DNA of 64,000 bases. Origin: Spirochaetia bacterium (GTDB lineage Bacteria > Spirochaetota > Spirochaetia > DSM-16054 > Sediminispirochaetaceae). The stretch lies in contig JAXHMY010000001.1 of the NCBI GenBank assembly GCA_034520965.1, positions 672,001 to 736,000 of the forward strand, written 5' to 3'. Each line of letters begins with the position of its first letter. Position 1 is the first letter of the stretch. The translations under genes and the position numbers were made by a program. This document shows, piece after piece, positions 37,932-49,728 of this stretch. The notes under the pieces were generated by a model that ran no database searches, was not told the DNA's origin, and was given only the letters and a program-made list of their open reading frames with translations.

Positions 37932-39225
37932 AATAGTAAAGGCTCACGGCCGCGGTGACCATGTTGCTTACAAACATCGCCCACCAAATACTCGATGGGC
38001 CAATTCCAATTACAAACGCCAGGATATAGGCAACCGGTAAGCGCAGGGCCCATAAGCGGGCGATGTTGAGGTACATGACCGGTTTGGTGTCGCCGGCGCC
38101 CTGAAAGGCACCAATTGTTGCATGAAAAAAGCTGAATAAGACTACCGAAGGGGCTACCACCCGAAACAGCTCCGCCCCGTATCGGATAGTCTCCGGGTCA
38201 TCGACAAAAAACCGGATAAAAGAGCTTCCGTAAAAAAAGGTGAGAGTCATCGCCGGAAGTAAAAAGACCTGGAGAACCAGAATGCTCAAGACAACCACCT
38301 GACGCGCCCCCTCTTTATCCTTCGCTCCCAAGCGCTGCCCAACCAGCGAGGTAGTAGCTCGGGATATGCCCATGGCCGGCATATTGAACAAACCTATCAA
38401 CCGGTTTCCCACACCAAAGGCGGCTATCACAGCGGTACCGAAGTAGTTCACCAGTCCCTGCAGAACGGTAAACCCCAAGGCGGAAACCGCCTGTCCGAAG
38501 GATGAGGGCAGGCCTATCTTTAAAAACAGACGAACCGAAGGGCCCTGCGGCCGCATATGGGCCCAGCGAAGCCGCATGCCGTACTTTCCCTGAATAAGAA
38601 TATAGAATGCAATGGCCGAACCGACCGCCCTGGCAATCACAGTAGCAACAGCCGCCCCCTGCACGCCCCAGGCAGGAAAAAAACCAAGCCCATAAATAAA
38701 CAGCGGATCGAGGATTATATTCAGCGCCACTGTAATTATCTGGATTATTAATGGAACAACCGTGCGCCCTATGCCCTGCATGGCACTCTGCATCACAATA
38801 AAACCGAACATAAAGGGCAATCCGGAAAAGACAATCAGCATATATTCCCGGGTAAAAGCGAACACATTATCAGGGGTTTGTAGAAGCTTCAGCAGCGGTG
38901 ATGTAAGAAAAATTCCCAAAACGGCAATCAGAACCGCAGTTGCCAATAAAATAGTAGTGGCCTGGCCTAAATAAAAATCGACCCTCTCTCGGCTTCCCTT
39001 TCCGTGGGATTGTGCAATAAGGGTGGTACCGGCCATTGATAAACCGATCCCAAACAGAATCAGAAAAAAAATGATGGGAAAGGCGATGGTGGGGGCGGAG
39101 AGCTCCGCTGTACCAAGCTTACCAAGAAAGTAGGCATCCGTGAGATTGTAAAGGGTCTGCACAAAATTACCTGCCATGAGGGGCAGGGCAATTTTCATAA
39201 GCGGTGTGAGCTGTGAGAAGTTCAT
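37885..39225 (-). CDS. MATE family efflux transporter
   Basis: QTLYNLTD, NIILDPLFI, GVQGAAVATVIA, GQRLGA; about 12 TM segments. Confidence 0.92.
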   Translation of the reverse strand: MNFSQLTPLMKIALPLMAGNFVQTLYNLTDAYFLGKLGTAELSAPTIAFPIIFFLILFGIGLSMAGTTLIAQSHGKGSRERVDFYLGQATTILLATAVLIAVLGIFLTSPLLKLLQTPDNVFAFTREYMLIVFSGLPFMFGFIVMQSAMQGIGRTVVPLIIQIITVALNIILDPLFIYGLGFFPAWGVQGAAVATVIARAVGSAIAFYILIQGKYGMRLRWAHMRPQGPSVRLFLKIGLPSSFGQAVSALGFTVLQGLVNYFGTAVIAAFGVGNRLIGLFNMPAMGISRATTSLVGQRLGAKDKEGARQVVVLSILVLQVFLLPAMTLTFFYGSSFIRFFVDDPETIRYGAELFRVVAPSVVLFSFFHATIGAFQGAGDTKPVMYLNIARLWALRLPVAYILAFVIGIGPSSIWWAMFVSNMVTAAVSLYYFKQGRWLSALDPDKV

Positions 39226-39465
39226 GTGGTTGTTAAAGCGTCCTATTTGTAATAATCAGCCATTGTACCCGGCCCTATACCCTTTGTAAAGTTTAGTTCA
39301 GGGGCATATATTCCGCTTAATTACATAATTATAAGTATATATGAGTTTTTTAGACTTATATTTGTATATTTATGCAAAATACGTCCGTACCATACTTGAA
39401 AAATATCAATTTACCCGTTTTACTATTCATTAATCCCAATATTTGAACAACGGGAGGAGGAGAAC

Positions 39466-42400
39466 ATGAAAGAACACACGGGACTGTACGATCGGTCATT
39501 TGAGCATGATGCCTGCGGAGTCGGCTTCATTGCACACATCAACGGAGAAAAAACCCACGCGATAATTGAAAACAGTATTCAAGCCCTTATCAACTTAGAG
39601 CACCGCGGTGCGGTAGGCGGGGACATGAAAACGGGTGATGGAGCCGGTATTCTCCTGCAGATTCCCGATGAGTTTTTACGAGCCAATTTGGAGTTCGAAT
39701 TGCCCGCCCCCGGCCGCTACGGAGCGGGTATGTTCTTTCTTCCCTCGGAGGAAAAACTTTTCACCCGCAGCACCGCTATTGTAGAAGAGACAAGCGCTGC
39801 GGAGGGAGGCCTCTTTCTCGGCTGGCGCAAGGTACCGATCAACACCCCGGCACTGGGAGAAACTGCGCTGCAGAGTCTTCCCGCCATATGGCAGGCTTTT
39901 TTCAGCTTTGAAGGGCTGCAGGGCGAGGTACTCGAGCGAAAACTGTATATCCTTAGAAAATGCATGGAAAGCGCAGCTGCAGATTCGGGAATGGACATAA
40001 ATCAATTTTATATTCCCTCCCTTTCCGCCCGCACTATAGTGTACAAGGGCATGTTTGTATCAACCCAGTTTACCGATTTTTATCCGGATGTAACAGACTC
40101 CGCTTTTAAAAGTGCCATTGCTCTAGTCCATCAGCGTTACAGCACCAACACTTTCCCTTCCTGGTCACTCTCCCAGCCCTTCCGTTATATCGCCCACAAC
40201 GGTGAAATTAATACCCTGCGGCGCAACATGAACAATATGCGGGCCCGCGAAAGCAGCATCTCTTCACCCTACTTTGGTGAAGAAATCAGTAAAATCACCC
40301 CGATTGTGAATCCGGATACCAGTGACTCCGCCATATTTGACAGCGTGTATGAGCTGCTCGTCCAGGGTGGGCGGGATTTGCCCCATTCGATGATGATGAT
40401 GGTCCCCGAAGCGTTCGGTTCGCGTTATCATATCTCGGAAGATAAACGGGCCTTTTACGAATATCAAGCTGCCATCATGGAGCCTTGGGACGGGCCGGCA
40501 GCTATAGTGTTCACCGACGGTATCCGAATAGGGGCAACCCTCGACCGTAACGGCCTGCGCCCAGGCCGCTACATCATTACAAAAAGCGGTCAAGTAGTGC
40601 TGGCATCCGAGGCGGGTGTGGTAGAGATCCCCCGAAGATGTAATCGAAAAGGGCCGGCTGGCACCGGGACGGATGTTTGTAGTTGATACCGAGAAGCAAC
40701 GAGTCATTAAGGACAACGCACTGAAGGCCTCCGTCTCACGCCGCAGACCCTACCGCCGCTGGCTGGAAAAAAACCGCATTGAGCTAAAGGGTCTTTTCGG
40801 CCTGCCCCATCCGGTCGATCTGGATAAGGAAACACTATCGACACGCCAGAGAGCTTTTGGCTACTCCATCGAAGATATGATTACTATCATCACGCCGATG
40901 GCATTAAAGGGACAAGAGCCGATTGGTTCAATGGGAAACGATGCTGCCCTGGCGGTACTCTCCGAACGGCCCCAGCTCTTGTATGACTATTTTAAACAGA
41001 TGTTCGCCCAGGTGACCAATCCGCCGATCGATGCGTACCGCGAAAATCTGGTAATGTCGCTGATGAGTTTTGTGGGCCGGGAGCGCAATTTACTCGAAGA
41101 GACCCCGGAACATTGCCGCCAACTCAAGCTGGCCCATCCGATCCTCACCAATGACGATCTTCACCACCTTCGCAACACCTACATTCCGCATTTTAAGGGA
41201 GAAACTGTTTCTATTCTCTTTTCAAGATCCGAAGAGGGAGGTGAACTGCAGAAAGCTTTAGAGCGGGTCTGCACCGAGGTTGAGCAAAAAATCGATGATG
41301 GCTGTGAGCTGGTTATCCTCAGCGACCGAAATATCGAAGCCGACCAGATTCCCATCCCCGCCTTATTGGCAATGGGCGCCGTGCAGCAGCACCTGGTGCA
41401 GCAGGGCAAGCGCCACCTGAGCGGGATCGTAGTAGAAACAGGCGAAGCCCGGGAAGTCCACCACTTTGCAACCTGGTTGGCTACGGAGCCAGTGGAGTGA
41501 ATCCGTATCTTGTGTTTGAATCCCTGGTAGACCTCAAGCAACGCGGATACATACCCCAGGATCTTACTATCGAAGAGGCCACCGAGAACTACATCAATGC
41601 GGTAAGAAAGGGACTTTTGAAGGTCATGTCCAAAATGGGTATCTCAACCCTCCGCAGTTACCGCGGCAGCCAAATGTATGAAGCTCTTGGGCTGAACAGC
41701 GAACTTATGCAGAACTACTTTCCAGCTACACCTTCTAAAATAGAAGGGATCGGACTGTCCACAATCGAACAGGAGACCATCCAACGTCACAGCTCCGGCT
41801 TCCGGTTTGATGAGAAGCGGCTCGATCATCTTGATTCAGGGGGGATTTACCGCTACAGAGAAAACTCCACCAAACATCGATTTACCCCGTTGGCGATAGT
41901 CAAACTGCAGGAGGCGGTGCGCAACGGCAGTTACAGCGCTTTTAAAGGATATTCGGCCGAAATCAACGATATCGAGCATAACCTCTGCAGTCTGCGCGGC
42001 TTGTTCAACTTCAAGCAAGGCCAAGCCGTACCGGTAAAGGAAGTAGAGCCGGCAGAAGAGATTATAAAGCGCTTTGCCTCGGCAGCGATGTCCTTCGGCT
42101 CCCTCAGTCAGGAAGCCCATACCACTATTGCCATAGCCATGAATCGGCTGGGCGCAATGAGCAACTCCGGCGAGGGCGGAGAGGATAATCGGCGTTACAG
42201 TACACTTAAGAACGGGGACACCGCCATAAGCAAGGTAAAGCAAATTGCCTCCGGTCGCTTCGGGGTAACAGGAGAGTATCTGGTAAATGCCGAGGAGCTG
42301 CAAATTAAAATGGCTCAGGGGGCAAAACCCGGCGAGGGCGGCCAACTGCCGGGATATAAGGTAAACGATGTTATCGCACGGGTACGTCACTCCACCCCGG

Positions 42401-43997
42401 GAGTAATGCTTATCTCTCCTCCGCCCCACCACGATATCTATTCGATCGAAGACTTGGCCCAACTTATTTACGATTTGAAGCACGCCAATCCAAGGGCGAG
42501 GGTATCGGTTAAACTGGTATCTGAGGTAGGCGTCGGAACGATCGCAGCCGGAGTTGCCAAGGGAAAGGCCGATATGGTTCTGATCAGCAGCGGCGAAGGC
42601 GGAACCGGTGCATCCCCTCTCTCTTCACTGCGTCATGCCGGCTCATATTGGGAGCTGGGCTTGGCGGAAACTCAACAAACCCTGGTAAAGAACAACTTGC
42701 GGGGTAATATTCGAGTGCAGGTAGACGGACAGCTGCGCACAGGCCGTGACCTGGTCATCGCCGCCCTTCTGGGTGCCGAGGAGTTTGGTTTTGGAACGGT
42801 GACTCTGGTCAGTATCGGCTGTGTCCTGATGCGGCAATGTCACCTTAATAGCTGCCCGGTGGGCATAGCTACCCAGGATCCGGAGCTGCGGGATCGCTTT
42901 AAAGGAAAAACCGCAAACACCTAATGAACTCTATGCTCTTTTTAGCCCGGGAAGTGCGGGAAATTATGGCCTCATTCAGGCTTCCGGCGCTTTGATGAGA
43001 TGGTGGGGCGGGTAGATATGCTCAATATGAACAGAGTCATCACCCATTACAAGGCCAGGGGCTTAGATTTTGCTAATCTGCTGAAGCCCTCATTTCAAAC
43101 ATCAAGCAAACCGGAGGTGCCCATCCGCTGCATAGAACAGATTAAACCGGATTTTAGTGCTGTCCTCGATAGCCGACTGATAGAAGAAGCGCAGAACGCC
43201 ATTATAGACCAGCGGCCAGTGATCTTAAAAGCTGAGGTGAGAAATTACAACCGGGCTATCGGAGCCATGTTGAGCGGCGAAATTTCCCGCCGCTATGGTG
43301 AAGCGGGGCTCCCCGAGGATTGTATCACCGTGTATATGCAGGGATCGGCAGGACAGAGTTTTGGAGCCTTCCTGGGCCCATGGGGTGAGCTTTAGGCTGG
43401 AGGGAGAGGCGAACGATTACTTCGGAAAGGGTCTATCCGGGGGCAAACTGATTCTCCGCCCGCCGGAGGGTTCGAAATTCCTGGCACACAAAAATATTAT
43501 TACCGGCAACGTAAACCTGTTTGGAGCTACCGCAGGGGAGGCCTACATAAATGGAACCGCCGGTGAACGATTTGCCGTCCGCAACAGCGGCGCTACTGCG
43601 GTAGTTGAAGGGGTTGGGGATCACGGCTGTGAGTACATGACCGGCGGGGCGGTTATAGTCCTCGGACAAACCGGAATCAACTTCGCCGCCGGCATGAGCG
43701 GGGGTGTGGCCTATGTGCTTGATGAAAACCAGCTGTTCGATACCCATTGTAACCTTGAAATGGTGGATATTGAACAGATCACCGAAAAGAGGGATGAAGA
43801 TTTTCTCAAAAAGTGCATCCAACGCCACATTGAATATACCGGAAGCCGCCATGCACAAGAACTTCCTGCGGATGTGGGATGAGATAGTACCTCTGTTCGT
43901 AAAGGTGATGCCTCTTGACTATCGAAGTGCTCTGTTGAAGGCGGAATCTGAGTCGAACAACTCGGCGGAACTAAATATATCCGGCATAAGGAGCTAA
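39466..43997 (+). CDS. gltB: Glutamate synthase large subunit, frameshifted into about 6 ORFs
   Basis: [78 protein letters not shown] in colinear fragments. Confidence 0.95.
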
Positions 43998-43999
43998 AC

Positions 44000-45427
44000 A
44001 TGGGAGAATTACGAGGGTTTTTAAAATATCAACAGAAGGTCTCCGGTTATCGGGATGTTGAGGAGCGACTTAAGGACTACCGCGAGGTCGTAAAGCGGCT
44101 CCCCCGACAGGAGCTCACTGAGCAGGCTGCCCGCTGTATGGATTGCGGAACTCCCTTCTGCCACTCCTTCGGCTGCACCCTGGCAAATCTTATTCCTGAA
44201 TGGAACGACGCAGTCTATCGCGGATTATGGGATGAGGCCTATGACCGGTTGGAACTGACCAGTAATTTTCCCGAGATAACCGGAAGAATTTGCCCGGCCC
44301 CCTGCGAAAGCTCCTGTACCCTTTCAATCAACGATGCGCCGGTGAGCATTAAGGAAATTGAACTTGCGGTAATTGAACATGCATTCTCCCAAGACTGGGT
44401 TGTTCCGCAAATACCCCGGCAGGAATCGGGAAAGAAGGTGGCGGTAGTCGGTTCGGGCCCGGCCGGTTTGGCAGCCGCCCAACAGCTGCGGCGAATGGGA
44501 CACCAGGTAACCGTGTATGAAAAAGACAGTGCCCCCGGGGGTATTCTGCGCTTCGGAATTCCGGAGTTTAAATTGGAGAAGGCGGTTATTGATCGAAGAC
44601 TGAAAATTTTTCAGCAAGAGGGAATTGAGTTTGAAACCAATGTCGTAGTAGGTGAAGATTGTAACCCGTTGTTGAAGCGTACCCACGATGCGGTGGTTCT
44701 GACCTTGGGCTGCCGGGTTCCGCGTCCGGTCCCGGTTCCAGGAAGCCAGTCCGACGGTGTGTATTTTGCCCTTGACTATCTTACCCAGGCCACCAAAAAC
44801 CTCTACGCTGAACTTTCGCCCCAGGAGATTGTAAGTGCAAAGGACAAAACAGTGTTGGTTCTCGGCGGCGGAGATACAGGAGCTGACTGTGTCGGCACTG
44901 CCAACCGTCAGGGGGCAAAAAAGGTGTACCAGTTTGAGATTATGCCTAAACCAGATGAATGGGATAAGCCCTGGAACCCGGAGTGGCCTTACTATCCAAA
45001 AATTTATCGCAGCTCATCCAGTCACCATGAGGGCTGTGAACGCCGCTGGCAAATTAAGACGAAACAACTTTACGGGCGGGGAGTCAGTATAGAGAAGGGC
45101 ATCTTTTGTGAGATACAATGGAAAAAAGACCCGTCAGGCCGACCGCAGCAGCAGGAAATTCCCGGTACCGAGTTTACCCTGGATATCGATATGGTACTGA
45201 TTGCCGCCGGTTTTGTTCAGGTAGAGCCTTCTAAGCTGTTGAAAGATTTTAATCTGGAGCTCAACGAACGAGGCACCATTAGTATAGATAAAAACTTTCA
45301 CACCAGTACCGAGGGGGTATTTGCCGCCGGTGATGCGGTGAGTGGAGCCTCGTTGGTGGTGAAAGCCATGAATCACATGAATCAAGGGCGAAGTCTGGCG
45401 GACAAGGTAAACGAATACCTGTGGTAG
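44000..45427 (+). CDS. gltD: Glutamate synthase small subunit
   Basis: QAARCMDCGTPFCH, GRICPAPCE, GSGPAGLAAA, GGGDTGADC, FAAGD. Confidence 0.95.
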   Translation: MGELRGFLKYQQKVSGYRDVEERLKDYREVVKRLPRQELTEQAARCMDCGTPFCHSFGCTLANLIPEWNDAVYRGLWDEAYDRLELTSNFPEITGRICPAPCESSCTLSINDAPVSIKEIELAVIEHAFSQDWVVPQIPRQESGKKVAVVGSGPAGLAAAQQLRRMGHQVTVYEKDSAPGGILRFGIPEFKLEKAVIDRRLKIFQQEGIEFETNVVVGEDCNPLLKRTHDAVVLTLGCRVPRPVPVPGSQSDGVYFALDYLTQATKNLYAELSPQEIVSAKDKTVLVLGGGDTGADCVGTANRQGAKKVYQFEIMPKPDEWDKPWNPEWPYYPKIYRSSSSHHEGCERRWQIKTKQLYGRGVSIEKGIFCEIQWKKDPSGRPQQQEIPGTEFTLDIDMVLIAAGFVQVEPSKLLKDFNLELNERGTISIDKNFHTSTEGVFAAGDAVSGASLVVKAMNHMNQGRSLADKVNEYLW

Positions 45428-45448
45428 TCTGTGTATTTGCCCCTTTCT

Positions 45449-46616
45449 TCAACCTCGTAGGAAACGTAAAGCCGTTCGGACATGCAGCTCCACTCCTAGG
45501 GGCAACACATCTTCGTCGATATTGAACTTAGGATGATGGTGCGGATAATCTGAGCCGGCCTCCGGATTTTTAACTCCTACAAAGGAGAAAGCCCCGGGTG
45601 CATCCTGCAGATAGTCGCAAAAATCCTCGCCTGCCATTGTGTGAATCAAACCGGGTGACTTTGGTATTGTCTCCAAGGGTTTCCTCGGCGGCGGCACGTA
45701 CCAGGTCCGCTGATGCGGGGTCGTTCGACAACAGATTGTTGCCTACCTTGTAATTAAGCTCATAGCTTACCCGATGGGCTTCGCATGTATGAGAAATAAT
45801 CCGCTCAAAGCGCTCAAGCACTTCCTCGCCCCCTTCGTAAAGAAAGCGTATAGAGCCTTTCATCTCTACCTTCTCCGGGACAATCGTCATATTGCTGCCG
45901 GCATGAAACTCGGTAAACATAATCACCGCCGGGTTAAGGGCATCTATTTCACGGGTTTGCACAGCCTGTACCGACTGCACAATATTCGTTGCTGCAAAGA
46001 TAGGGTCTACCGACTCGTGGGCAAAACCGGCATGACCGCCCCGCCCTTTAATTGTAAGATAAAAGTAGTGGCTGGCCGCCATTTGCGGTCCATCCACGAT
46101 ATCCACATAACCGGAGGGGGTTTGCGACCAGAGATGTACTCCGAAAGCTCCATCTACCTTTGGATTTTCCATCACCCCCTCTTCTATCAGCTTAAACGCT
46201 CCGGCATCCTCTTCGTTCGGTTGAAACACGAACTTAATGGATCCTTCAATCTCGTCCTTCATCTCCGTCAAGACTTTAGCCGCCACCAGCAGCATCGACA
46301 TGTGTCCATCATGACCGCAAGCGTGCATTTTTCCCTTCTCCTCCGATGCAAAGGGCAGCCCCGTCTCTTCCTGTACCGGCAGGGCATCCATATCTGAACG
46401 CAACAGGACTGTCTTACCGGGTTTTTTACCGCGGAGGAGTGCAACCACACCGCTTCCGGCAATTTTAGAAACTTCGAGGCCCAAGTTACTCAGGTATTCC
46501 AGCACCTGCTCCTGAGACCAGTATTCTTCAAACCCCAGTTCCGGATGTCGGTGAAATTTCCTGCGCAACTCTATAAGCTCATCTTTTAATTCGTTGATTC
46601 GTTTTTTGATCTCCAT
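45449..46616 (-). CDS. M20D family amidohydrolase, frameshift near 45655
   Basis: HRHPELGFEE, RSDMDALP, MHACGHDGH, FQPNEE, GGHA; C-terminal MAGEDF...HHHPKFNIDE in another frame. Confidence 0.9.
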
Positions 46617-46627
46617 ATCATCCTCCC

Positions 46628-46664
46628 AAAAGTGGGGGACACCTCATTGGCATCCCCCACAAAA
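46628..46664 (-). terminator. Terminator-like hairpin between the symporter and amidohydrolase genes
   Basis: gtggggga...tcccccac followed by TTTT on the minus strand. Confidence 0.55.
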
Positions 46665-46693
46665 GTAGACACAAATTTAGTCGTTCATGCCTA

Positions 46694-48049
46694 TTATTTG
46701 TCTACGTAATTCGCAAAAAAGTCTTTGGTAAGAGAAACCACCGTTTTATAGAGGGCTATAATTACCACTAAGTTGATGGCCACTGTTATTCCCATAAAGG
46801 CGTCTAAAAGACTCCATACCTGCTGCAGCCCGCCGACGGCTCCACCTACAAGAACCAACAGAAAAATTATGCGGACAGGGTAAATAACTTTGTTGCCAAA
46901 GCAGTACACAGCACCGGTTTCGCTATAAAACTCGGCTGCCAGAATTGTGGTATAAGCAAAGAACATAATAGAGATGGTAACAATTAAGTCTCCGGGTCCC
47001 GGAAGGCCGGTCTGGAATGCAGAGGCGGTAAGGCTTGCTCCAACTTCTCCGCTGGGGATGACACCGGTAATTACAATTACCAAACCGGTCATGGTACATA
47101 CAATAATGGTATCTACAAATACCTCAAAGATACCCCACATACCCTGTCGAACGGGATGGTCGGTAGTGGCGGTGGCGTGTGCAACAGGAGAAGTACCCAT
47201 ACCGGCTTCATTAGAATAGACACCCCGGGCAAACCCGTTTTGTATAACTATCATTATAGTTGACCCGGCAAATCCACCAGCCGGAGCCATTCCGGTAAAA
47301 GCGGTTTTTACGATAGTTGCCAGTGCAGCGGGAACTTCGACGATATTGGTGATTATAATAATCAGCGCAGCAACGGTATAAATTACCGCCATGAGCGGGA
47401 CAAGTTTCTCCGCTACTTTACCAATCCGTTTAATTCCACCCAGAATTACCAGTCCGGCCAAAACGGCAATTATAATACCAACTATCAGTTTATCGCCGCC
47501 AAAGGAGTGTTCGACCACATCTGCAATTGAGTTTGACTGTACCGCGCCGCTGATAAGGAACTGCAGGAAGAACAGAAGGCTCCAGAAGAAGGCCAGCCAG
47601 CGCCAGTTGCTTCCAAGGCCTTTCTTGACAATGTACATAAAACCACCGCGATACGTACCGGTTTCAGGATCTTTTTCCCGGTAATGGATACCCAGCACAA
47701 TTTCGGCGTATTTTGCAACAGCAGCTAAAAGAGCCACCACCCACATCCAGAAAAGAGCACCGGCACCACCAATTGCTACAGCAACACCAACACCGGCAAT
47801 ATTACCGGTTCCCAGGGTTCCGGCTAAAGCCGAGGCGGCTGCTTGAAAGGGAGTAAGGTTACCTTCTCCCCTTGTTGTTTTATCCAGCATTTTTCCAAAG
47901 GTATTTTTCACAATAAAGCCAAAGTGGCTGAACTGAAAAAACCTGAGTACCACCGAATAAAAGATCACGGTAATCGTGATAATGATAACCAGCGGCCAGC
48001 CCCAAATAAAGCCAACGAAGCCGTTCACAACACCCATAATCGCATCCAT
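46694..48049 (-). CDS. Alanine/glycine:cation symporter (AGCS family)
   Basis: GTGNIAGV, GALFWMW, GGIKRIG, SNEAGMGT, EVFVDTIIVCTMT. Confidence 0.93.
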   Translation of the reverse strand: MDAIMGVVNGFVGFIWGWPLVIIITITVIFYSVVLRFFQFSHFGFIVKNTFGKMLDKTTRGEGNLTPFQAAASALAGTLGTGNIAGVGVAVAIGGAGALFWMWVVALLAAVAKYAEIVLGIHYREKDPETGTYRGGFMYIVKKGLGSNWRWLAFFWSLLFFLQFLISGAVQSNSIADVVEHSFGGDKLIVGIIIAVLAGLVILGGIKRIGKVAEKLVPLMAVIYTVAALIIIITNIVEVPAALATIVKTAFTGMAPAGGFAGSTIMIVIQNGFARGVYSNEAGMGTSPVAHATATTDHPVRQGMWGIFEVFVDTIIVCTMTGLVIVITGVIPSGEVGASLTASAFQTGLPGPGDLIVTISIMFFAYTTILAAEFYSETGAVYCFGNKVIYPVRIIFLLVLVGGAVGGLQQVWSLLDAFMGITVAINLVVIIALYKTVVSLTKDFFANYVDK

Positions 48050-48185
48050 AGAAACCTCCTTCACTGTTTAAAAAAGTTTTTTTGCTATACATCCCCCTCG
48101 TCCAGTTCTGACTGATCCAGGAGTGGTGTATTTACCACCACACTTTGTTTCACTATTTGAACAGGTGTTTATATAGCATACATTT

Positions 48186-48214
48186 ATTGTCAGGGGAGAG
48201 TGGATATTTGTCAA
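48186..48214 (-). promoter_or_regulatory. Sigma70 promoter of the symporter
   Basis: TTGACA-17 bp-GACAAT on the minus strand. Confidence 0.55.
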
Positions 48215-48363
48215 GAAAAAAGCAGCCCTTATCATCAGTACTAATTTTTTTTGCTCGACATGAAGTACGCTCCTGCCCCGATAGAGCACCTCCGGCAATG
48301 TGCTCTTGTATTCTTTAAAAAAGCTATTAGAATTGCTGTAAAGACTTGGCTCAGGAGTTGGGC

Positions 48364-49728
48364 ATGAAAATAATCGTTGGCCACACCAATATGGACCTCG
48401 ACTGCATGGGTTCTATTGTGCTTGCAAAATATCTCTTTCCGGACCATAAACCTGTGAAGAGCCGTCTGGTACACCCAGTTGCGAAAAAGCTGCAGAACCT
48501 GTACCAGAATCAACTTAATTTTCTTAACCCGAAAGATCTAAAGGGTGAACACATTGAAAGAATGGTAATACTCGATACCCGCACCTACAGTCGGGTGAAG
48601 GAGTATTTCGAGTTTATCCACAATGAAGATATTGAGTATGAAATCTACGACCATCATCCCAACGACGAGGTCAGCTTTCCGAATGCCCAGCTCCACGCCA
48701 TCCCCTGCGGATCCAACACCACTCAGCTGGGACTGGAGATCATGCGGAGGGGCATACAGATTACACCGGAAGATGCAACCATTGCCCTTACCGGCATTTA
48801 TGCCGATACCGGAAATTTTACTCATGAGAATGTGGTTCAAACAGATTTTGAGGTATCCGGATTTCTAATAGAGGCAGGGGCATCTTTAAAGCTGGTGAAA
48901 ACCTTTCTGACGCCCCTGGCGGGTAAGTATCAAATTACCCTGTTTCACGAGCTGCTTAATCGGCTGGAGTACCGAACAATTCACGGCCATCAGGTTATCA
49001 CCAGTTACTGGGAAATAGAAACCGAGTCGGAAGGTATTGGCGCCGTGGTGGAAAAGGTGTTTGAAGTAGAGAACCAGGATGTCTATTTTGGGGTCTTTCA
49101 TTTTACACATAAAAAAAAGACGCTCATTATCGCCCGCAACCAAAAAGACAATATCCATCTCAATGAAATCTTAAAGGACTTTGGCGGCGGTGGTCACGAA
49201 AAGGCTGCCTCGGCGACTGTCAAGAATGAGCTGGGAAAAGCGGTATACGATAAGCTGCTCGAGTATCTCGACAAAATTCTTGCCCCGGCGGTTACTGCTG
49301 TCGAAATAATGAGCCGGCCGGTCAAAGTAATGGATGCTTCGGCAAGCTTGCTAGAAGCCTCCAAATACATGGAAGAGATTAGCCATACCGGCCTGCCGGT
49401 AGTCGACACGGACCATCATCTGGTAGGTTTCCTGACCCTGCGGGATATTATGAAAGGCCGCCGTGCGAATCAGATGCACGCTCCCGTAAAGGCTTACATG
49501 AACAAACAACTTATAACCGCTCAACCGGAGGTCACCATTCGTCAGGTAGAGGAGCTGCTGTTCGGCAATAACATCGGTCACCTGCCTATAGTAAGCGAAG
49601 GACAAATAGTGGGAATACTCACCCGTACCGATTATCTTAATTTTCGACAGACCGAGAGTAAAAAGCGCCGGACGGTTCTGCAGGATATTGGATTTAATGT
49701 GCACGAACCGGTTAAATCTTACTCTTAA
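48364..49728 (+). CDS. DHH/DHHA1 phosphoesterase with C-terminal CBS pair
   Basis: GHTNMDLD, ILDT, YDHH, GIYADTG, GGGGH, two CBS repeats. Confidence 0.88.
   Translation: MKIIVGHTNMDLDCMGSIVLAKYLFPDHKPVKSRLVHPVAKKLQNLYQNQLNFLNPKDLKGEHIERMVILDTRTYSRVKEYFEFIHNEDIEYEIYDHHPNDEVSFPNAQLHAIPCGSNTTQLGLEIMRRGIQITPEDATIALTGIYADTGNFTHENVVQTDFEVSGFLIEAGASLKLVKTFLTPLAGKYQITLFHELLNRLEYRTIHGHQVITSYWEIETESEGIGAVVEKVFEVENQDVYFGVFHFTHKKKTLIIARNQKDNIHLNEILKDFGGGGHEKAASATVKNELGKAVYDKLLEYLDKILAPAVTAVEIMSRPVKVMDASASLLEASKYMEEISHTGLPVVDTDHHLVGFLTLRDIMKGRRANQMHAPVKAYMNKQLITAQPEVTIRQVEELLFGNNIGHLPIVSEGQIVGILTRTDYLNFRQTESKKRRTVLQDIGFNVHEPVKSYS

Noticed and set aside
39320..39365. ATAAG...CTTAT dyad upstream of gltB as a LysR/GltC site
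   Set aside because: Spacing does not fit a clean T-N11-A dyad, the region is very AT-rich, and no LysR gene is adjacent
39466..43997. gltB as a naturally split multi-subunit enzyme or programmed frameshift
   Set aside because: Breaks fall inside domains at short base runs and match the window-wide indel pattern
45367..45384. catgaatca tandem duplication in gltD (MNHMNQ)
   Set aside because: A single 9-bp in-frame duplication, plausibly a consensus artefact, with no functional inference possible
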